64,000 bases of DNA from Leptolyngbyaceae cyanobacterium (GCA_050331235.1 JBHJHA010000011.1:96001-160000); one strand, 5' to 3'. Shown: positions 9,824 through 21,154, counted from the stretch's first letter. Program-made: numbers and translations. The notes: a model not told the origin generated them from the sequence alone.

Positions 9824-12800
9824 TCACGGTTGCAAATAGTCTTGTAGGGCTTTGACGCCCAGCGTGTTGGTTTGCAACGAGCGAATGGCCGCGGTAGTAG
9901 CATGGGCCGCGGCGATGGTCGTAATCGTTGGCACTTTGTAAGCCAAGGCAGCGCGGCGAATCTCGTGGTCATCTTGCTGCGCTTTGTCACCGATGGGCGT
10001 GTTGATAATGAGTTGAATCTGGCCATTTTTGATCAGATCCACAATGTGAGGGCGACCCTCATGCACCTTCAGCACCGTGTCGACGTCTAAACCATTTTGC
10101 TGGAGGACTTCCTGGGTACCGCTGGTGGCAACGATCTCAAAGCCAAGCTCCATTAACTGCTGCACGACGGGAACGACCGCTTTTTTGTGGCGATCGTTCA
10201 TCGAAACAAATACCTTGCCGGATAAGGGGAGTCGCTGATTAGCGCCCAATTCCGCTTTGGCAAAGGCTCGACCAAAATCAACGTCTAACCCCATGACCTC
10301 GCCGGTCGATCGCATCTCCGGCCCCAGAATGGTGTCCGTACCGGCAAAGCGCTCAAACGGCAGCACAGCCTCTTTGACTGAGATATGACGGGGCACGACT
10401 TCTTCGGTCATCTGGAGCTCGGCCAGGGTTTTGCCAGACATCACCTGTACCGCTCGCTTGGCTAGGGGAACCCCCGTTGCCTTGGAGACAAAGGGGACGG
10501 TGCGCGACGCCCGAGGATTGGCTTCAAGAATGTAGACCTGATCGCCTTTGACCGCAAACTGAATATTCATCAAGCCCACCACCTGCAGTCGTTTGGCGAG
10601 TTTCACAGTCCACTCGCGGATAGTGGCCAGCGCGGCTTCGGGCAAGCTGATCGTGGGAATCGAGCACGCCGAGTCGCCGGAGTGAATGCCGGCCTGTTCG
10701 ATGTGCTCCATAATGCCGCCAATCACTACGTTGCCAGTCGCATCGGCGATCGCATCTACATCCACTTCAATGGCGGATTCCAAAAACTTGTCGACCAAAA
10801 TCGGGTGATCAGGCTCCACCTGCACCGCATAGGTCATGTAATATTCCAGTTCTTTATCTGAGTAAACAATTTCCATCGCTCGGCCGCCTAAGACATAGCT
10901 AGGGCGCACGACTACGGGGTAGTCGATCTGGCGGGCGATCCGCAGCGCCTCATCGGTGCTGCGGGCAATGCCGTTGGCGGGCTGCACGATGGCCAATTTC
11001 TGCAAAATTTGCTCAAACCGTTCGCGATCTTCAGCCGTGTCGATGGAGTCGGGAGAGGTGCCCCAGATTTTGGTCTGACTGTCGCTATGCTGCTCCAAGT
11101 AAGTCTGCAAAGGCACAGCTAACTTAAGCGGGGTCTGCCCGCCAAACTGAATGATGATGCCCTCGGGCTGCTCTGCCTCGATGATATTGAGCACATCTTC
11201 TTTGGTGAGTGGCTCAAAATACAGGCGATCGCTGGTGTCGTAATCGGTAGACACGGTCTCAGGGTTGGAGTTGACCATGATGGTCTCAAAGTCATCCGCC
11301 TGTAGTGCAAAGGATGCGTGGCAGCAGCAATAGTCAAACTCGATGCCCTGACCAATGCGATTCGGTCCACCGCCGAGGATCATCACCTTGCGGCGATCGC
11401 TGGGCTGCACTTCGGTTTCGGCTTCATAGGTAGAGTAGTAGTAGGGTGTGTAAGCTTCGAACTCCGCAGCGCAGGTATCCACGGTTTTATACACGGGATG
11501 CACGCCCAGGGCTTGGCGGCGCTGGCGCACGTCATCTTCAGTGGAGTTTTTGGCAAAGGCAATTTGGTGATCGCTAAACCCCTGCTGCTTCAAGCGATAC
11601 ATCTGCTCAGTAGTCAAGGCCGCCAAGTCAATCCGCTTAAGCCATTTTTCTGTTGCCAGCAGCGTCGCCAACTGATGTAAAAACCAGGGATCGATGCCCG
11701 TCAGCGCATAGATTTCATCGAGCTCTAACCCCAACTGCATGGCATGGCGGACGGAAAAGATGCGATCGGGACTGGGCGTGCGCAGTCTGGAGCGCAAGGT
11801 CGACAAGTTGGGCAAGGTTTCCCGGCGATCGCAGCCCCAACCGGCGCGGCCTGTTTCCAGTGAACGAAAGGCTTTTTGGAACGACTCCAGAAAAGTACGA
11901 CCGATCGCCATCGCCTCCCCCACCGACTTCATCTGGGTCGTAAGCACGGCTTCCGTCCCCGGAAATTTTTCAAAGGCAAATCGCGGCACCTTAGTCACTA
12001 CATAATCGATAGTGGGTTCAAAGCTGGCGGGCGTCTTTTGGGTGATGTCGTTATTAATCTCATCCAGGGTGTAGCCCACGGCCAGCTTGGCCGCAAACTT
12101 GGCGATGGGAAAGCCCGTTGCCTTGGATGCCAGGGCAGAACTCCGCGACACTCGAGGATTCATCTCAATTACGATGAAGTCGCCATCAACCGGATTCACG
12201 GCAAATTGAATGTTGGAGCCACCGGTTTCCACCCCAATTTCCCGAATGATGCGAATAGAGGCATCGCGCAATCGCTGGTATTCTTTGTCGGTCAGCGTTT
12301 GGGCAGGCGCAACGGTAATTGAGTCGCCGGTATGAATGCCCATGGGATCAACATTTTCGATCGAGCAGATGATCACCACGTTATCGGCGAGGTCGCGCAT
12401 TACCTCCAGTTCAAATTCTTTCCACCCGAGGAGCGACTGCTCGATGATAATTTGGGACACAGGGCTCGCATCCAACCCCGATTGGGAAATTCGCTCAAAC
12501 TCCTCCTGGTTATAAGCGATACCGCCCCCGGCTCCCCCGAGGGTAAAGGCCGGCCGAATGATTAACGGAAATGCCCCGATGCTGGCAGCCACCGCTTTTG
12601 CCTCGGCCAGGGTCTCAGCCAACCCCGACGGGCAAACGGCCACCCCAATGCGCTCCATCGCCTCTTTAAAGAGCTTCCGATCCTCTGCCTTTTCGATCGC
12701 GCCGAGCTTAGCCCCAATCAGCTCCACCCCATACCGGTCAAGCACCCCGCTCTTAGCCAAATCCACCGCAATATTGAGCGCGGTCTGGCCGCCCATCGTT

Positions 12801-13063
12801 GGCAACATGGCATCGGGACGCTCTTGCTCAATTACCTTAGCAACCAGCTCTGGCGTCAGTGGCTCAATGTAGGTGCGATCGGCCGTTTCGGGATCGGTCA
12901 TAATTGTTGCCGGGTTAGAGTTCACCAGCACCACCTCATATCCCTCGTCACGCAGCGCCTTACAGGCCTGAGTCCCGGAGTAGTCAAATTCGCAGGCCTG
13001 GCCAATGACAATTGGGCCAGAACCAATCAACAGAATTTTTTGGATATCGTCGCGGCGGGGCAT
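9824..13063 (-). CDS. carB: Carbamoyl-phosphate synthase large subunit
   Basis: [32 protein letters not shown], duplicated ATP-grasp domains, MGS C-terminus. Confidence 0.99.
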   Translation of the reverse strand: MPRRDDIQKILLIGSGPIVIGQACEFDYSGTQACKALRDEGYEVVLVNSNPATIMTDPETADRTYIEPLTPELVAKVIEQERPDAMLPTMGGQTALNIAVDLAKSGVLDRYGVELIGAKLGAIEKAEDRKLFKEAMERIGVAVCPSGLAETLAEAKAVAASIGAFPLIIRPAFTLGGAGGGIAYNQEEFERISQSGLDASPVSQIIIEQSLLGWKEFELEVMRDLADNVVIICSIENVDPMGIHTGDSITVAPAQTLTDKEYQRLRDASIRIIREIGVETGGSNIQFAVNPVDGDFIVIEMNPRVSRSSALASKATGFPIAKFAAKLAVGYTLDEINNDITQKTPASFEPTIDYVVTKVPRFAFEKFPGTEAVLTTQMKSVGEAMAIGRTFLESFQKAFRSLETGRAGWGCDRRETLPNLSTLRSRLRTPSPDRIFSVRHAMQLGLELDEIYALTGIDPWFLHQLATLLATEKWLKRIDLAALTTEQMYRLKQQGFSDHQIAFAKNSTEDDVRQRRQALGVHPVYKTVDTCAAEFEAYTPYYYSTYEAETEVQPSDRRKVMILGGGPNRIGQGIEFDYCCCHASFALQADDFETIMVNSNPETVSTDYDTSDRLYFEPLTKEDVLNIIEAEQPEGIIIQFGGQTPLKLAVPLQTYLEQHSDSQTKIWGTSPDSIDTAEDRERFEQILQKLAIVQPANGIARSTDEALRIARQIDYPVVVRPSYVLGGRAMEIVYSDKELEYYMTYAVQVEPDHPILVDKFLESAIEVDVDAIADATGNVVIGGIMEHIEQAGIHSGDSACSIPTISLPEAALATIREWTVKLAKRLQVVGLMNIQFAVKGDQVYILEANPRASRTVPFVSKATGVPLAKRAVQVMSGKTLAELQMTEEVVPRHISVKEAVLPFERFAGTDTILGPEMRSTGEVMGLDVDFGRAFAKAELGANQRLPLSGKVFVSMNDRHKKAVVPVVQQLMELGFEIVATSGTQEVLQQNGLDVDTVLKVHEGRPHIVDLIKNGQIQLIINTPIGDKAQQDDHEIRRAALAYKVPTITTIAAAHATTAAIRSLQTNTLGVKALQDYLQP

Positions 13064-13362
13064 AGGCTTGTTCCACACTGGCAGGGATTACCGAATCCAA
13101 ATCATTCTATATGCCGATGTTGATCCCTACTCGGGGTTATCTAGATTTGATGGGATTTGGGTCCCAGTCGCGACCGGCTGCCATTTCTACGCGTCACTTC
13201 GCGGCAGTTCACCTGGCTGGGTTAAAACTGGTCGGCCATTGCGCCCCCCAAAGTGCGGCAGGCGCTTCGGCCGATCCCTTAAAATTTGCATGGAAGTAGG
13301 AGATGCTGAAGATACTTCAGCAACATTCTCTAGATCAAGAACTGGTTTGGGAGATCAAAAAT

Positions 13363-13569
13363 ATGGAAACGGTAAACTGCGCCGAAGTCTGCCAAGACGG
13401 CTGCGTTTTAGGCGACAAGTGCCCCAACTTAGAGTACAAAGCTCAAGCCTCTAAATTTATTGAAGAAACATCTTTAGACCAGATGCTCTCGATGGCCGAC
13501 GAAGCGGTACGCCGCAAGATTATGGAGCGCGCCTCTCAGCCCCCTAAGTGGGTTTTGCCGGAGGACTAG
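13363..13569 (+). CDS. Cys-rich small protein, NblD (NsiR6)-like phycobilisome degradation factor
   Basis: 68 aa; VNCAEVC..GCVLGDKCP, TSLDQML.MA and PPKWVLPED resemble the NblD family as I recall it; GGGAG upstream. Confidence 0.7.
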   Translation: METVNCAEVCQDGCVLGDKCPNLEYKAQASKFIEETSLDQMLSMADEAVRRKIMERASQPPKWVLPED

Positions 13570-13661
13570 GGAGATCGGAGCAGCTAGAGGCTTGGCTTGC
13601 CAGGCCACATCGCTGCGCGGCTCATCCATTGGCGCTGGCTAAGACCGTCAGCGCCGATGGG

Positions 13662-15656
13662 TCAGTTGCCGCCACCCTCGCCGTTTCCGCTAGCGGAAAC
13701 CAGCTCCGACAGTTCCACCGATGGTGAAGCCTCATGGGCTGGCACCATGACCATGGTGGGCGCTTCCGACTTATATACCGGCAGGTCAAACCAAAAAGTC
13801 GTGCCGCAGCCTACTTCGCTCACCAAATGTACTTGACTGCTGTGCTTTTCCACGATGTTTTTGACGATGGAGAGGCCCAGTCCCGTACCTTCTAGGGTGT
13901 GGACGCGATTTTCGACCCGAAAAAAGCGATCGAAAATCGCGGCCTGATCTTCCAACGCAATCCCGATACCGGTATCAGCAATCTCAATGCGGATAAATTC
14001 ATCGATGCTGTCGGGATGAGTTTGCTCTGACAGTTGATAGGCCCGAATCATCACCTGACCGCCGGCTTCAGTAAATTTCAGCGAGTTACCCACTAAGTTG
14101 CCAAAGACTTGTAGCAAAAGGTCATAGTTGCCCTGGACCGGCGGCAAATTGGGCTCAATTTCATGGTGAAGGGTGACTTGCTTATCGCGGGCATTGAGCT
14201 GATAGGTGCGCAGCGTCTGCTCAATCGGCTGGGCCACATCCACGTCACAGAGCTGATAGCGACGATTGGACTCCAGTCGGGAAAGATCGAGAACATCATT
14301 GACCAGCCGAGTGAGGCGATCGGTCTCGTGATTAGTGGTTTCTAAAAACTCTTGCCTTTCCTCAGGGCTAAGGTCGTCGCCGTACTCGTGCAGGGTCTCA
14401 ATGAAGGATTTGATGTTGAATAGGGGGGTACGCAGCTCATGGGACACATTGCTAATAAACTGGCTCTTCGCTTCGTTGAGCGCGACCTCACGGGTGACAT
14501 CTTGAACGGTAATGGCAATGCCCTTGACGTTTTCTCGCGATTGGTCAAATACGGTATTTAACATCACCCGAATGGTGCGATTGGTAGGCTCACTGAGCAC
14601 AATCCGAAACTCCATACCCTCTGACTCGCCGGATACAGCCATAAAGAGGGGCCGCGTCAACTGTACTCGAACGGCATTGGGGAAATGCTGCAGCACCGTA
14701 TTGCTCGAGAGCTCGCGCCCCTCCCAGCCAAAAATTCGCCGGGCGGCTGGATTCACCAGTACGATGTGCATGTCCGTATCGAGCAGCATCGCCCCATCGG
14801 CAATGGTAGAAACCAGAGTTTCTAACTTGGCCTTTTCCGCGGTCAGTTCCTCAATATTCTGCTCTTCATAACGCTCTAGGCGCTCAGCCATGTCGTTGAA
14901 GCTATAGATGAGCTCACCGAGCTCGCCCCCCAAGGGCAAATCAATCCGTTGCTGAAAGTTACCCGCCGCAATGTTTTTAACCCCGGTTAGCAGCTCCTTA
15001 ATCGGTTGAGTAATGGTCAATGCATTAAACACCGCCCCCAAAATCACCATGGCCCAAATCGAGACAAATACGGCCACCGTGACATCGCGGGTCAGATTAG
15101 ACGACGCGACTACAGTCGGGTTGGGATTGATGCCCAGGGCAAGCACCCCAAGATAGTTGCCGTCGTACTTAATCGGCACAAACACATCTGTCACCTCCCC
15201 CGCCGGCGTGATGTGCTGTCTCACCAGGGGCAAGTTAGCGTTTCTGGCATACCCATCGGGGAGCTGCATCCGACGGCGAATCGTGAGTGAACTCTGCACC
15301 GAATCATCGGAGTAGGGAATGCCAAAATAAATGGCTCCGTCTTCGTCGGCATAGAGCATGTAGCGGACGCTGGATGTGCTCTGGTAAAAGCTGTAGGAAA
15401 AACGGGCCAACTCTTCGCGATCGCCCGCATACACCAAGGGAGAAACATTCGCTGACAACAGTAATCCCAAATCGCGACCAAATCGGGTGTCATTGAGCCG
15501 CGCATCCTGCTGAATCGAATTGACCGCCCAAAAGGTCAGCCCACTCATCAATAGAGACACCACCAGCGTAGCCCCTGCCAGCAGGCGCGTTTGCAACGTA
15601 AAATCGCGCCACCAGCGCATCAAAACATCGCGAATTTTCGAAAGCAGGGTGATCAA
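13662..15656 (-). CDS. nblS: Sensor histidine kinase NblS/Hik33 (DspA)
   Basis: WWRDFTLQTRL, two TM segments, HAMP, PAS, HisKA (SNVSHELRTPLFNIKS) and HATPase (FFRVENRVHTLEGTGLGL). Confidence 0.95.
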   Translation of the reverse strand: MITLLSKIRDVLMRWWRDFTLQTRLLAGATLVVSLLMSGLTFWAVNSIQQDARLNDTRFGRDLGLLLSANVSPLVYAGDREELARFSYSFYQSTSSVRYMLYADEDGAIYFGIPYSDDSVQSSLTIRRRMQLPDGYARNANLPLVRQHITPAGEVTDVFVPIKYDGNYLGVLALGINPNPTVVASSNLTRDVTVAVFVSIWAMVILGAVFNALTITQPIKELLTGVKNIAAGNFQQRIDLPLGGELGELIYSFNDMAERLERYEEQNIEELTAEKAKLETLVSTIADGAMLLDTDMHIVLVNPAARRIFGWEGRELSSNTVLQHFPNAVRVQLTRPLFMAVSGESEGMEFRIVLSEPTNRTIRVMLNTVFDQSRENVKGIAITVQDVTREVALNEAKSQFISNVSHELRTPLFNIKSFIETLHEYGDDLSPEERQEFLETTNHETDRLTRLVNDVLDLSRLESNRRYQLCDVDVAQPIEQTLRTYQLNARDKQVTLHHEIEPNLPPVQGNYDLLLQVFGNLVGNSLKFTEAGGQVMIRAYQLSEQTHPDSIDEFIRIEIADTGIGIALEDQAAIFDRFFRVENRVHTLEGTGLGLSIVKNIVEKHSSQVHLVSEVGCGTTFWFDLPVYKSEAPTMVMVPAHEASPSVELSELVSASGNGEGGGN

Positions 15657-15789
15657 CTCGGTCTCCGCTAGCCAAAGCAGTCACGGTAGTTACCGGACTT
15701 CTCTAAATCCTATCGTTTGATAGATAATCAAACCGCTTTTATTGTGGCACGTCGGCTAAAATTGGCGAACTCATCACCCCTTGAATGCC

Positions 15790-16590
15790 ATGGCCTACGT
15801 GTCTCCGCTGATCGGGACGAAGCTGCTGCGGGAAACCCTGGCGGTAGCGCTACGAATTTGGCAAGACCTGCTAAGACGCCGCCGCAGCTTAATTTTCTGG
15901 GCGATCTTTCCGGTCTTGATGCTGGTGATGAATGGCCTCATTTTGGCAGAGCGGGCTCAACTCACCACGGCTGAGGCCTATGAACAGGCAGCGGCCCCCA
16001 CCTTAGTCGGAGCGGCCTTGTTCTTCAGCTGCCTTGGGGGTAGCGTTGCCACGGTGGTCTCAGAACGGGAGCAGCAAACGCTCAAGCGCTTATTTCTCTC
16101 GCCGCTGAGTGGCATCTCTTACTTTTTAGGCATTTTCATAGCGCACTGCGGCATCGGGTTGCTGCAGACAGGCTTGATTGGGGCGATCGCCCTCGCGGTT
16201 GGCGCACAATTTCCCGGATCGCTGGGGTTGGCAGTGGCGATCGTGCTGCTTAGCATTGCGGCCTACGTTGGCCTGGGGTTTGTCTTAGGCACGCAGCTAG
16301 CCCGCCGCACCGAAGATGTAAATGCGTTGGTCGCAGCCTTTGGGGTGCCTCTACTGCTGCTAGGGGGGGCTTTTTTGCCGATCAGTCTTTTTCCAGATAC
16401 GCTGCTCACCTTAGCCACCTATAATCCTGTCTACCACATGATTTCAGCGCTTCAGGGGGCGGTCACCGACCAAGAAACCCGGAACGAAATCCTGCCACAC
16501 CTCAGGTTTTTGGTGCTGTTTGCCCCACTGATGGTGATCGCGGGCTGGGCGTCTTATCGACGAATGCTACAGATCGAGCGCCACCTGTAA
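15790..16590 (+). CDS. ABC-2 type transporter permease
   Basis: EREQQTLKRLFLSPLS, LLGGAFLP and NPVYH; about six TM segments. Confidence 0.88.
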   Translation: MAYVSPLIGTKLLRETLAVALRIWQDLLRRRRSLIFWAIFPVLMLVMNGLILAERAQLTTAEAYEQAAAPTLVGAALFFSCLGGSVATVVSEREQQTLKRLFLSPLSGISYFLGIFIAHCGIGLLQTGLIGAIALAVGAQFPGSLGLAVAIVLLSIAAYVGLGFVLGTQLARRTEDVNALVAAFGVPLLLLGGAFLPISLFPDTLLTLATYNPVYHMISALQGAVTDQETRNEILPHLRFLVLFAPLMVIAGWASYRRMLQIERHL

Positions 16591-16681
16591 CGAACCCAAA
16601 GACGCTTTTGCAAAAAGTTGATTAAAACCGTAGCAGGCTTATCACTTTAGACAGAAATAGTAGTCTATTTGTCAAATCCTT

Positions 16682-16699
16682 TTTACATTTTGTAAGATA
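16682..16699 (+). promoter_or_regulatory. HLR1-like RpaB site upstream of nblA
   Basis: TTTACATT-TT-GTAAGATA (8/8 and 6/8 half-sites), overlapping the palindrome TTACA-N4-TGTAA. Confidence 0.55.
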
Positions 16700-16813
16700 T
16701 TCGTAACTAATCGCAGCGGATGTCCGCAACTGCGGCTAAAACGGACCTAACTTGCACAAAGTTCTGTTTCGGATCCTTTGCGAGGGTTGTTTCTCAAGTT
16801 GGACGAATTAACC

Positions 16814-17002
16814 ATGAATGAAGACACTCAACTTACCCTGGAGCAAAAATTTAGTCTCCGGTCTTTTGAGACACAGGTTGACAAGATGAGCCGGGAGCAG
16901 GCTCAGGAATTCTTAGTCAAGCTGTATGAGCAAATGATGATGCGCGAAACCATGTACAAGAAGTTCCTCAAGCACGAGTGGGGAATTGACTCCGCGGCTT
17001 AG
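16814..17002 (+). CDS. nblA: Phycobilisome degradation protein NblA
   Basis: LTLEQKFSLRSFETQV.KMSREQAQEFLVKLYEQMMMRE.MYK..LKHEWG. Confidence 0.95.
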   Translation: MNEDTQLTLEQKFSLRSFETQVDKMSREQAQEFLVKLYEQMMMRETMYKKFLKHEWGIDSAA

Positions 17003-17434
17003 GCTCGTCGGTTTCATCGGCTAATTTAGGAGGCGACCTCCTTCTCTTGCCAGGTTCTGAGAGAACTTTGCTGGGGTTGTCGGGGCGTTTACCCTAACTT
17101 TCTACTTATCTTAAAATTCATTTTTTCTTGGCTGTAGCCAGTTATCTCTAGACCGCTCACATTTAATTAAGCTATTCAAATTACAGATATTTAACCTGGT
17201 TTTTCTATCCGATCGCCCATTGCAATCGCGGTTTCCGGCGATCGCTTTTGGTCACGCTTGCCGGTGGCCCTAACATAGGCAGTCCCTGGTTAAGGCGGCG
17301 ATACAGACACTTCCAGTGCGGTCCTCCATCTTTGGGTAGGTTTACAGACTTTGATATGCGATCGCGGTTACATTGCTGTGGGGGCTCAAATAGATCATCA
17401 TTAATTACGGCGTTGCCCCGTGGAGTCACCTTTG

Positions 17435-18319
17435 ATGTTTGAGCAAGCCCTGATCAGCACAGATTTTTCCGACGGTCTTGAGCGGTTGGGTTACACCATT
17501 CCTAGCTTGGTAGACAGTGGAATTAAGCGCATCACATTCTTTCATAACGTGGCAGTGGAGACCGATCGCAGCGTCCCCAGAGTCGACGAGGCCAAAATTG
17601 ATGCAGCCCGTCAAGAGCTAGAAGCGATGATTGCGCAAGCCCCCAGCGAGGCCGAGGTCAAAGTGGTGGTAACGGGGGGACAGCCGAGCAGTAATATTTT
17701 GCGGCAGATTGAATCTTCGGGGTGTCAAGTGGTCTTTTTGGGCACACCCACCCGCAATATCTTGACCGAAAAAGTCTTTGGCAGCACCACGATAAAGCTG
17801 ATAGAGAAAACAACGGTGCCAATGATGATTTTGCGCCCTCAACTGGTCTCTACGTTTACGACTGAAGAACTCTCAATCCGCTGCCGCAACTTGTTTCGTC
17901 GATTGTTGATTCCCTATGACGGCACCGATGGTTCGATGGACTTTTTGGAAACGCTGAAGGCGCAAATCCAGAAAAATCCGCCGGGGGAGGGCCATCAGTA
18001 TTGGCTACTATGGGTGATCGATGCCAATGTGCGACGCGAACTGCGGGGCGATCATCCATTGCAGGAGGCTCAAGAGCGCTTGCATAAAGTCGCGGATACC
18101 CTACGGGAACTGAATCTCAATGTCGAAGCTCTGGTGACGGAAGGGGACCCGCTGCAGGAAATCTTAAAGACGGCGGACAGATGCGACATTGGAGCGATCG
18201 CCACCTCATCACGCGGCATTGGCGGGCTGCTGCGCTGGTCAGTGCCCAGTCTAGCTCGGGAGATTTTGCGCCAGAGCTGGCACCCGGTGCTCTACTTTCC
18301 TAAGGCCAAGGCAAAATAG
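17435..18319 (+). CDS. Tandem-domain universal stress protein
   Basis: ALISTDFS, FGSTT, LLIPYDG and GDP..EIL; two USP domains. Confidence 0.88.
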   Translation: MFEQALISTDFSDGLERLGYTIPSLVDSGIKRITFFHNVAVETDRSVPRVDEAKIDAARQELEAMIAQAPSEAEVKVVVTGGQPSSNILRQIESSGCQVVFLGTPTRNILTEKVFGSTTIKLIEKTTVPMMILRPQLVSTFTTEELSIRCRNLFRRLLIPYDGTDGSMDFLETLKAQIQKNPPGEGHQYWLLWVIDANVRRELRGDHPLQEAQERLHKVADTLRELNLNVEALVTEGDPLQEILKTADRCDIGAIATSSRGIGGLLRWSVPSLAREILRQSWHPVLYFPKAKAK

Positions 18320-18568
18320 CCACAAAGTCGGCGGATTGGCAAGGCGCGGGGTGGACGATTTTGAACGATGGGTTTCAGTCGGCGATCGCCCAAACGTCAA
18401 TCTTGAAGCAACACCGATGGCACTGAAGCGGCAATCTGTCGTAATGTAGCTCGCAGCCTTTGGTCTGCCTGAAAACCGGCGATCGCAATTCCGGGGTCGG
18501 GGATGTTAATTACGCCAGCGCAGGGTGAGGTGTTTAGTCTGTTGCGGCGCGATCGGCGGTTGGATTAA

Positions 18569-18595
18569 GCCACTCATCATTTCTCGATGAGTGGC
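18569..18595. other. 10-bp stem-loop upstream of the NACHT gene
   Basis: GCCACTCATC-ATTTCTC-GATGAGTGGC. Confidence 0.5.
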
Positions 18596-18709
18596 GATAG
18601 CGTAACCCCCAACACCCCAGCACGACTAACGAGTGAGCGTAGTTTCCCAAGTCTCCCGCCATGCGCCACAATGGGGGGCACGTTTCACTCATTTGTCTGA
18701 GTTGCACCC

Positions 18710-21016
18710 ATGTCAAATAGCGGCAATTCCTCCCAAGTAGCCAATCAACTTGCCGAATACGCTAGCAAGGTTCTCCAGCCCGGTGGAGTTGCCGTTGGCG
18801 GAGCCTATGGTCTCTGGGAACTATTCGTTCAGGATGATGCGGGGAAAGCAATCGCCGCCGCTCTCATTGGGTTTTGCATCTCCTATGGCGGGCATTTACT
18901 CAAAGATTGGCATCAAGGCAATCAAAAACGGATGCAGTCGGCGGGTGCCGCTATAGAAAAAGTCTTCAGTGGCACGATTGAGCAAATGTTGGCCAAGGCC
19001 ACCAAAGCTGAGGATGCCTACCTATTGCTGCAAGTGCTAGATTGTCGCGACTATCGCACCGCCGGCATGGGCGATCGCGGTCAGGGCATTTTAGAATTGC
19101 CAGAAGTCTTTGTCCCACTTGAGCTCGATTCGAGTTCCATTCCAGCGGGGTTTGAGCAGTTGGCACGATTGCCGGATCTAGAGCAGTGGCAGCGCGAACT
19201 CGATATTTGGTACTTCCTGCGTCAAGCAACGGACAATCGCGCTTATCGCCAACTGGCCATCATTGCCTGGGGTGGTTACGGCAAAACCACCCTGCTCAAG
19301 TATCTGACTTATATCTTCGGCACCAGGCAACACGAACAGTACAACGTCCCATTTCTGATCCCGATGTTGTTGCCATTGCGGCAATATCGCGATGCGCTCA
19401 CCGCCGAACCGCCCCCCGACTTATCCGGATTAGTGCAACAACAGCGACTGAAGCAACTGCAAGAATTAGATGTCGACAACAAATTAGCCCGTTTACCCGC
19501 GACCTGGGCAGTGGATGTGTTGCGCAATGGCAAAGCGCTGGTGATGCTGGACGGGTTCGATGAAGTGCCCAATACAGAACGCCCTGCCCTCAGCCAGTGG
19601 CTACATCGGCAAATGCAGCGCTTTAGCGAGTCTACCTTTATCCTGACCTCGCGCCCCACGGCTTACAAGCAAGATTTTGCGCAACCGTTGCGGACCAAGC
19701 TATGGGTGCGGCCCTTTGAGCCCAAGCAGCAAACCCGGTTTGTTGAGCAATGGTATTTTTGCCAGGAACGGCAAGCCCGAGGCGGACGCAACACCCCCGA
19801 AGTGCGGCGAGCCGCCAACCAAGGTGCTGCCAATTTACTCGCCCAGGTGCAAGACCCCCATCGCCCCGAACTGTCTAAACTCGCCAAAAATCCCCTCTTG
19901 TTGAATCTTCTTGCCATTTATCACCGCAATGGCGAACAAGGGGAAGAATTGCCCCGCCAACGAGCGGAGCTATATCAGGATATTTGCCAACTGCATTTGA
20001 AGAAGCGACCAGAATTTCGCAAAATTGCCCTGCCGCTGCCGCCCAATGCCCGCCAAGAAATCTTGCAGGAAGTAGCACTCGCGATGATGCAGCGCAAACG
20101 GCGGCTGATTGAGGAAGAAGATTTGTTAGCCCTGGTGACTCAAGCCCTGGATGAAGCCAAGCATCCCATCACAGCGGCAGAATTTCTCCAACCGATTGTG
20201 GCGGTGAGCGAACTGATCGTGAAACAGGGCTTGGAAGGCTATGAATTCGCCCATCTCAGCTTTCAGGAATTTCTGGCCGCTGCCCAAATCAAAGCGCTAA
20301 AGCAGGAGGAACTGCTCTACCCCCACCTGAGCGAAGCTAACCAAACTAGTGCCAATGGCGCAGAAGAACCCTGGTGGAAGCAAACCATTCTGCTTTATGC
20401 CGCCCAACTGCAAAATCCGACTAGCCTGATTGAGGAGGCGATTCGCCAGGGGGCGACGAATTTAGCCTATGCCTGTTGGCAAGAGACGCAATATTCCCTG
20501 CCCCCCGAACTGGAAGCAAAACTGCAAACTCAGGTGCAAACCTCGCGCTACGCCAAACTGGAGGCGTTAATGCAGCAGGGCAAGTGGCGTGAGGCGGACG
20601 AGGAAACCTACCGGTTAATGATCACCACCGTAGGCAAGGAAGAGGGGCAAAGGTTTGACAGTGAAGACTTGGAGACCTTTCCCTGCGAAAACTTGAAGGT
20701 GGTCGACAGTTTATGGGTGAAATACAGCGATGGTAAGTTTGGCTTTAGTGTGCAAAAGCAAATCTGGCAAAAATGTAACCGTCCTGTAAGTGGTCGAGGT
20801 AAAGATTGGGTGCCCTTTCTAATAAAAGTTGGATGGTCCTACCCTGATGGCCGGCAAAAAGAATATGAGCTTCTCGCAGCTGATCCAGAACTATCTCCAT
20901 CAGGTGAATTTCCGAATTTTATGGTCTTCAGTCCTCCCTCTAGAAAATTGCTGCTTGCAACTTTTATGACAGACATGAAAGGAATATTTTCTCGCGCAGA
21001 AACGTGTGGTCCTTGA
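18710..21016 (+). CDS. NACHT (STAND) NTPase with C-terminal GUN4-like domain
   Basis: Walker A variant AWGGYGKTT, Walker B LVMLDGFDE, LTSRP, NPLLL and FAHLSFQEFLAA; GUN4-like W.EAD.ET, FPC..L..VD.LWVKYS.GKFGFSVQKQIW. Confidence 0.88.
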   Translation: MSNSGNSSQVANQLAEYASKVLQPGGVAVGGAYGLWELFVQDDAGKAIAAALIGFCISYGGHLLKDWHQGNQKRMQSAGAAIEKVFSGTIEQMLAKATKAEDAYLLLQVLDCRDYRTAGMGDRGQGILELPEVFVPLELDSSSIPAGFEQLARLPDLEQWQRELDIWYFLRQATDNRAYRQLAIIAWGGYGKTTLLKYLTYIFGTRQHEQYNVPFLIPMLLPLRQYRDALTAEPPPDLSGLVQQQRLKQLQELDVDNKLARLPATWAVDVLRNGKALVMLDGFDEVPNTERPALSQWLHRQMQRFSESTFILTSRPTAYKQDFAQPLRTKLWVRPFEPKQQTRFVEQWYFCQERQARGGRNTPEVRRAANQGAANLLAQVQDPHRPELSKLAKNPLLLNLLAIYHRNGEQGEELPRQRAELYQDICQLHLKKRPEFRKIALPLPPNARQEILQEVALAMMQRKRRLIEEEDLLALVTQALDEAKHPITAAEFLQPIVAVSELIVKQGLEGYEFAHLSFQEFLAAAQIKALKQEELLYPHLSEANQTSANGAEEPWWKQTILLYAAQLQNPTSLIEEAIRQGATNLAYACWQETQYSLPPELEAKLQTQVQTSRYAKLEALMQQGKWREADEETYRLMITTVGKEEGQRFDSEDLETFPCENLKVVDSLWVKYSDGKFGFSVQKQIWQKCNRPVSGRGKDWVPFLIKVGWSYPDGRQKEYELLAADPELSPSGEFPNFMVFSPPSRKLLLATFMTDMKGIFSRAETCGP

Positions 21017-21154
21017 AGGATGCTGTCTCAGCCATCCCTTATCTGGTACCTGTAGTCAGGTCGTATCTGTAAATAGCAGAACCGCAATGTCAGGGGGGGT
21101 GGGCATCAAACCAACCACGCATACCCAAACGTGTTGATTCGCCTGACGGTCTTT

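Noticed and set aside
13296..13330. NtcA site upstream of the NblD-like gene
   Set aside because: Only half-sites and a small GCTGAAG/CTTCAGC hairpin are present; there is no GTA-N8-TAC.
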